From: Pelagomonas calceolata | Taxonomy: Eukaryota | DNA: 64,000 nt | Assembly (NCBI GenBank): GCA_918797485.1 | Contig: CAKKNE010000001.1 | Span: 5,208,001 to 5,272,000, forward strand | Direction of reading: 5' to 3' | Part shown: piece after piece, positions 59,150 to 64,000 of the stretch | Numbering within the stretch: the stretch's first letter is position 1 | Layout of the letters: each line of letters starts with the position of its first letter | Notes under the pieces: generated by a model | Databases searched by the model: none | The model's input: the letters and a program-made list of their open reading frames with translations, nothing else | What the model was told of the DNA's origin: nothing | Position numbers and translations under genes: made by a program

Positions 59150-59734
59150 ATGGGCAAGGCCAAGAAGTTCCGCGCTGCCAAAGTCCGCGCCATCAAGCGC
59201 ACCGTGAACCCGAAGCACGACCCGCGCCTCAAGGACAAGCAGGACCGCGTCAAAAAAAAAGAGGAGAAAAAGAAGAAGCAGGCGGACCGCCACGTCGACC
59301 AGACGCCGGCCTCCATGTTCTTCGCGCACAACACGGGCCTGGGGCCGCCCTTCCACGTGATCGTGGACACGAACTTCATCAACTTTTCGATCAAAAATAA
59401 GATCGATCTGGTCAAGGGCATGACCGACTGTTTGCTGGCGAAATGTGTTCCTGTCATACTAGATAGCGTCATGGCGGAGCTCGAGAAGCTGGGCACGAAG
59501 TACCGATTGGCTTTAAGGCTCGCGAAGGACCCGCGCTTCCTCAGGATGCCTTCGTATTTGAAACGAGGCACGTATGCCGATGATGATATCGTGGAGCACT
59601 GTCGGGTCCATAGATGTTTCATCGTGGCGACGTGCGACAAGGATTTGAAGAAGCGGCTGCGGAAGATCCCGGGCGTGCCGATCATGTATATTCAAGCTCG
59701 CAAGTACGTCGTGGAGCGATTACCAGACCAGTAA
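59150..59734 (+). CDS. FCF1: rRNA-processing PIN nuclease FCF1/UTP24
   Basis: MGKAKK, LGPPFHVIVDTNFINFSIKNK, GTYADD, VATCDKDLKKRLRKIPGVPIMY. Confidence 0.95.
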   Translation: MGKAKKFRAAKVRAIKRTVNPKHDPRLKDKQDRVKKKEEKKKKQADRHVDQTPASMFFAHNTGLGPPFHVIVDTNFINFSIKNKIDLVKGMTDCLLAKCVPVILDSVMAELEKLGTKYRLALRLAKDPRFLRMPSYLKRGTYADDDIVEHCRVHRCFIVATCDKDLKKRLRKIPGVPIMYIQARKYVVERLPDQ

Positions 59735-59770
59735 GATTAGTGTGTTACTCGGGGGAGGAAGGGGGACTGC

Positions 59771-60832
59771 CTAGCCAATCCAGCGAGAGTTGTACTTGCA
59801 GAAGGAACCATAACCGCCGTTCCACCAAACCTCACGACTGGGAGCCCAGAACGAGATCACCAGCTTGAAGACGTCGCGCGGGAGCGGGCTCTGCGACGCG
59901 GTGGCGTGGACTTGCGCGGAACGCGTCCGGCGGCGCGCGTCCGTCCGGTGCGCCGGCGCCCAGGCGAAGACGCGGACGAGGAGGTCGTGCTCCTCGCGAT
60001 CGACAATGCGCGGAAAGGCCATGCGCTCGCCGATCTGCCCGAGCCGCGGCGACGCGCGACCCTGTTCGCACAGGATTCGCAGCATGCACAGGTCCGCGCG
60101 GGGCGCCCAGAAAAATTTCTTCACGGTCCCGCCGGCCGCCCGGAAGTCGCCCAAGAACTTGATCATCGGCGCCCGCCGGTATCGCTCAATCTGAACATCA
60201 TACCCGGCCTGTGTCTCGATGATTAAGCGGCACCAATCTTCGAGCGTCTGCTCGTCCACCTCCCGGCGAGTTGCGGCGCGACCGACTCCATGGAGCCGAC
60301 ATTGACTAAGGGCGCGGGCCCGCCGAGTTTCGATACCGGCGTCGAGCCTCGCGCCGCGGCTTAGCAAGAACTTGAGCACGTCTATGTCATTTTCGACGAT
60401 CGCTTGCATGATTGCGGTGAAGCCTTCCGCGGCCCCGACTCCCGGGTCTGCATTGACGTCCGCGCCGGCGTCGATGAGCAGAGCCATGGGCTCGACACCA
60501 TTGCATCCATACTCAGCACACGTGGCTGCGGCAATGACGAGCGGACGATGCCACGTCCCGCTGGGATCTTGAAAATCGACGGAGGCGCCTTGGGAAAGCA
60601 GGAACGAAACCGCCTCGCACTTGATGGCGTACTCCTCTGTCGTCTGGACCGGGTATCCCGGTGGAGAGATCACCGCGTGACGCAAACTTCCCGCGCACAC
60701 GCCGTCGAGGAGCGTCCGGCCGTTTCGCTCTAGCGTGTCGTTCGGGTCGCGGTCGCCCGAGGCGAAGTACTCGCGCAGTACATTCAAGTCGCCATTGACC
60801 GCGGCCGAGTAAACGTGTTCGGGGACTACCAT
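59771..60832 (-). CDS. Ankyrin-repeat protein (paralog C) with C-terminal F-box-like motif
   Basis: AAVNGDL, LLIDAGADVN, FLLSRGA, LRILCEQGRA, LPRDVFKLVISFW. Confidence 0.78.
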   Translation of the reverse strand: MVVPEHVYSAAVNGDLNVLREYFASGDRDPNDTLERNGRTLLDGVCAGSLRHAVISPPGYPVQTTEEYAIKCEAVSFLLSQGASVDFQDPSGTWHRPLVIAAATCAEYGCNGVEPMALLIDAGADVNADPGVGAAEGFTAIMQAIVENDIDVLKFLLSRGARLDAGIETRRARALSQCRLHGVGRAATRREVDEQTLEDWCRLIIETQAGYDVQIERYRRAPMIKFLGDFRAAGGTVKKFFWAPRADLCMLRILCEQGRASPRLGQIGERMAFPRIVDREEHDLLVRVFAWAPAHRTDARRRTRSAQVHATASQSPLPRDVFKLVISFWAPSREVWWNGGYGSFCKYNSRWIG

Positions 60833-61020
60833 CTTGCGCGCGGCGCGAGTTCCTGTCAAAGGAGGTGAGTAACCGTGAGTTTCAAATTTGTGGCCAGTCC
60901 TGGGCCACCGCGGCGCGGCGTTCGTCACGGCGGTCGCTTCTAAGGTATTCCGGCGACGTCCAGACGCCACGAAATGAGCCGGTCCAGTCGTGATCTCGTT
61001 GCGCGGGCCCTAGGTCATTA

Positions 61021-61042
61021 GCTAGCGCCAGTAAGACACTAG
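61021..61042 (-). promoter_or_regulatory. CTAG-bounded promoter motif
   Basis: Reverse complement is ctagtgtcttactggcgctagc, between divergent starts 60832(-) and 61138(+). Confidence 0.65.
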
Positions 61043-61137
61043 AAAGAGGCAATCTTGGTAGCTTTTTTGCCCACAACTCTACCTAAACGAGATCATTCGT
61101 GCGGCCGTGCAAGGAGAGCAACTTTTCGATCGATACC

Positions 61138-61671
61138 ATGGCTCGGCGCAACGCATTCCTGCTGCTGGCGCTCGCACAAGCAACTGCGCTCAAGGTCTTT
61201 GGCACCCCAGGGCGCGGACCAGCCATCCAGCGCGTCTATCCGAGCGACAACTCCGTAAAAGTTGAGTACTGGCTCGGCGCCGGCCAGCTCACGAGCTGCA
61301 CCGTCGACGACGTCCGCGGCCTCCAGAAATGCGTCAAGGTCGTCTCGGCGGCCGTCTACACGGACGAGGAGGACTTCGAGACCGGCCGCTTCGGCACGGC
61401 CGCCGAGTCGGTCTGCGGCGTTGACGTCTGGGTGCCGTTCCGCGTCATGGGCGAGGCCTCGAGCCTCGACGAGGTCGCGGCCTGCTTCGAGACGGCGGCG
61501 GCAGGCGACTATTTTGTGGGAACGAAGAAGCCGCGGAGTAGTGGCGGCGCGGCAAAAAAACCTGGAGCCGAGTCGGGCGCCGTCGCCGAGGGGCTCCGCG
61601 GCGCGTTCAACGTGCTCGGCAAGGCCCAGAAGAACCTCGGCATCTTCGGCCTCTCGGACGATAAGGACTAA
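61138..61671 (+). CDS. Hypothetical protein with signal peptide
   Basis: MARRNAFLLLALAQATAL; G/C-ending codon bias. Confidence 0.65.
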   Translation: MARRNAFLLLALAQATALKVFGTPGRGPAIQRVYPSDNSVKVEYWLGAGQLTSCTVDDVRGLQKCVKVVSAAVYTDEEDFETGRFGTAAESVCGVDVWVPFRVMGEASSLDEVAACFETAAAGDYFVGTKKPRSSGGAAKKPGAESGAVAEGLRGAFNVLGKAQKNLGIFGLSDDKD

Positions 61672-61683
61672 TACAACATGTGC

Positions 61684-62208
61684 TTATTTATACCCTTTGA
61701 AACGATACGCGTAGAGCGCGCGCCACGCCGCCAGATACAAAACGACGTTGACGATGCCGATCGCGACGTCGACAACGTCCGTCGGCGTCTGCAGGAGGTA
61801 TATCCGCCCGAGCTCGTAGAGCACTCGCAGCTGCGCCGCGTTTACCGCCGCGTCGAGGGCGCGCGCCGGCGCGTCGGCGCTAACCGCGTCGTCGTAGACG
61901 CCACGGTAGAACGCCGGGCCGAGCCAGCACAGGAGCCAAACGGCGCTCGAAAAGAATAGCGCGGGCAACGCATCGAGGTCAGATGCGGTCACGGGAGAGA
62001 GGATTGAGTCGCCTGCTGCAAATGACTCGACGAGTTTCTGCGTCGCGCCGGCGGCGACGATCATGCCAGCGTCGCCCACGAACAGGCGCTTGTCGTCGCG
62101 CATCATACGCCTTCGCGTTGCTGGCTCGCATCGATGGCGTGGCTGCTGGAAGCCGCAGACGAGCGCAATGGCACAGATAAAGCACCGTTGCAGCCTGAGA
62201 GTAAGCAT
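61684..62208 (-). CDS. Hypothetical membrane protein, probable plastid bipartite leader
   Basis: …CAIALVCG-FQQPRHR leader; several hydrophobic helices. Confidence 0.6.
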   Translation of the reverse strand: MLTLRLQRCFICAIALVCGFQQPRHRCEPATRRRMMRDDKRLFVGDAGMIVAAGATQKLVESFAAGDSILSPVTASDLDALPALFFSSAVWLLCWLGPAFYRGVYDDAVSADAPARALDAAVNAAQLRVLYELGRIYLLQTPTDVVDVAIGIVNVVLYLAAWRALYAYRFKGYK

Positions 62209-62280
62209 GGTGACTCTCTGGCTGTTCCGGGCCTATTATAAGGAGCCCTACGGCTAGCTTTCCGCTTTTGGCAGGATTAG

Positions 62281-62303
62281 TTAGCGGTAGTAAGGCACTT
62301 AGC
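62281..62303 (-). promoter_or_regulatory. Degenerate CTAG-type promoter motif
   Basis: Reverse complement is gctaagtgccttactaccgctaa, between divergent starts 62208(-) and 62612(+). Confidence 0.5.
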
Positions 62304-62611
62304 TTTCGTACAGCGGCCGCGGCCACGATTTGCTAGGGCTGCCCCACGCCCGCAGAAGGCAGACCAATCTCCATTTCTGCGTCGCCGAACCCTCCAGCGG
62401 CTCACCGCGGACTCGTCGCGTCTCCCCTCGGGCTTCGAGCGTGGGCAGCCAACTCCCTCGCGGCTCGTCTCGCTCGGCGGCGTTCGAGCTGCGAGGAACA
62501 AGCCTACGGCGCGTCGTAGCACCTGACGCCGTCGCAGCGGCGGACCGACAAGGCAGCCCCAGTCTCCAGCGCGCGCCACGCGAGTCGCGAGCCGCGCCCG
62601 GAGCCAACAAT

Positions 62612-62947
62612 ATGGCCGCCTGGGGCCAGCGCGCCTCGACGGCGAAGATGAAGGAGTGCATCGGCGAAGTCTTGAATGAGATGTTGAAAGACCATACCTA
62701 CAAGCAGGACGAGGCGCCTGAATTAACAAAGCAGATCGCCGACCGAGTGAAGAACCGCCTCAAACTCCTGGAACTGCCGCGCTACAAGTACATGGTCCAG
62801 GTCGTCGTCGGCGAGCAGCGGGGCGAGGGCGTCCGGATGGGCTGCCGCACGTTCTGGGATAGAGATACCGACGCGTACGCGTCGGAGACGTTCACCAACG
62901 ACTCCATCTTCTGCGTCGCGACGGCTTATGCGGTCTACCTGAACTAA
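62612..62947 (+). CDS. Tctex-1 family dynein light chain (TCTEX1D2/Tctex2b-like)
   Basis: LPRYKYMVQVVVGEQRGEGVRMGCRTFWDRDTD…NDSIFCVATAYAVY. Confidence 0.9.
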   Translation: MAAWGQRASTAKMKECIGEVLNEMLKDHTYKQDEAPELTKQIADRVKNRLKLLELPRYKYMVQVVVGEQRGEGVRMGCRTFWDRDTDAYASETFTNDSIFCVATAYAVYLN

Positions 62948-62983
62948 GTTCTTACTTCTTATCTATTTCTCCTTTCCAGTCCG

Positions 62984-64000
62984 TCACTCCTCGCGCCCGT
63001 CTCGAGAGCTCGGCGAAGCACTTTTGTTCCACGCAATTGCGCGGTCCCACAGCACGGAAGAGCGCCACTGCTCCGCTTCTAATGCCGCGATGGACTTTGC
63101 TAGAGTACTTGCGTCCATGGCTAGCTCACAAAGGTCCCCAATGCCGCCGTGGTCCGACCGTCGCGTCGTCTTCGGGAGGAGCTCTGTCAACGCATCTTCC
63201 GAGGGCGGGCCGTCGTCGGGGATGGCGAAGCGTTCTCGCAGTGAGTTCCACTTTGACTGCACTTCCGTAAATTCTTTCGCACACGTCTCATAGGTCAGAT
63301 CTGGACCGTCAGATACGCGCGAGCAGCCCTTGCACATCAGATAAGTCAGTAAGGGATAGTGCCAGTCCACGTTTCTCGTCTTGATGTCTTCCGCATCTAG
63401 TAGATCAGGCGGTAATCCGAGCTTGTCGTGGGCCTGGTTCGTCACCCAGGAAGCGAGGTCCTTCGGTCGGGCTAATCTACTTCTCACACCGGAAGCATAC
63501 GATAGCAAGTCCCGATCCTTCAAGCGGTGGCGGTGCAAACGAGGCCCCATGCCCGCGATAGATAGCGGCAAAGTGTCCTCGGTCTCGACACCACATAAAG
63601 CGCGACACTCCAGGCAAGCCTCCATCTCCGCGAAGATAATCCGAGCCAGCTGCCGCCCGTCGACGAAGGCCGCGCGCCAGTCCTCGAAGGGCACGTAGGA
63701 CGGCAAGCAGTCGACGGCGCTCTTCGGCGCGCCACCCAAGCCCGCTCGTTTGGAGGCGGCGTTCGCCCACTGCATTAGTATTTTTTCAGGTAAGTTCTTT
63801 GACGGTTCACTACCAAGGGCCTCTATCTCATTAGGAGAGATGAAGGTCGGCGCGATGTAGCGCGGCGCGCCGGCAGGCTCACCATCTGCAGGATAAGAGC
63901 GACCCTTGAACAAGGCTCGTTCCCCAGACCCAAGCAAAGCGTCCATGTCCAGAGCCTGGACGCCCACCAACGCCAGCAACCCGTTCTCGGCCTTCTCGGC
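62984..64000 (-). CDS. Hypothetical protein, 3' part only (possible calponin-homology-like segment)
   Basis: Frame open to the window edge; PEKILMQWAN…AFVDGRQLARII…LLDAEDI. Confidence 0.6.
   Translation of the reverse strand, partial: AEKAENGLLALVGVQALDMDALLGSGERALFKGRSYPADGEPAGAPRYIAPTFISPNEIEALGSEPSKNLPEKILMQWANAASKRAGLGGAPKSAVDCLPSYVPFEDWRAAFVDGRQLARIIFAEMEACLECRALCGVETEDTLPLSIAGMGPRLHRHRLKDRDLLSYASGVRSRLARPKDLASWVTNQAHDKLGLPPDLLDAEDIKTRNVDWHYPLLTYLMCKGCSRVSDGPDLTYETCAKEFTEVQSKWNSLRERFAIPDDGPPSEDALTELLPKTTRRSDHGGIGDLCELAMDASTLAKSIAALEAEQWRSSVLWDRAIAWNKSASPSSRDGREE

Noticed and set aside
1..64000. Hundreds of overlapping Arg/Pro/Ala-rich ORFs in the ORF track
   Set aside because: Shadow and antisense frames of GC3-rich genes, with no recognisable motifs. 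Many start at non-ATG codons.

Overview
Very gene-dense, GC-rich, intron-poor eukaryotic DNA. Style, gene families and introner-type introns suggest a pelagophyte stramenopile such as Pelagomonas or Aureococcus (inference). There are about 35 protein-coding loci, mostly in head-to-head pairs. Recognisable genes include NIP7, SerC/PSAT, PPIL2, DDX23/PRP28, FCF1, a CSC1/OSCA channel, a CTD-small-phosphatase-like protein, a Tctex-1 dynein light chain, a SET-domain protein, a HOOK-like protein, and a roughly 3000-aa secreted acidic/Cys-rich modular protein. Main observations not visible in the ORF track: (1) a hidden selenoprotein candidate at 16512-16898(-) with two in-frame UGA codons, an Rdx/SelW-like pattern and a SECIS-like hairpin with a non-canonical loop right after the stop; (2) a conserved ~22-bp CTAG-bounded motif (CTAGTGYCTTACAGGCCGCTAG) in most promoter regions; (3) a family of introner-element introns with TIRs and 8-bp TSDs, two of them in-frame and stop-free; (4) several mid-gene breakpoints (about 35307, 41334 and 43573) that join 5'-truncated genes; (5) two tightly coupled ORF pairs that may be bicistronic; (6) a perfect 30-bp element repeated just after two gene 3' ends. 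No rRNA, tRNA, CRISPR array or transposase was recognised.
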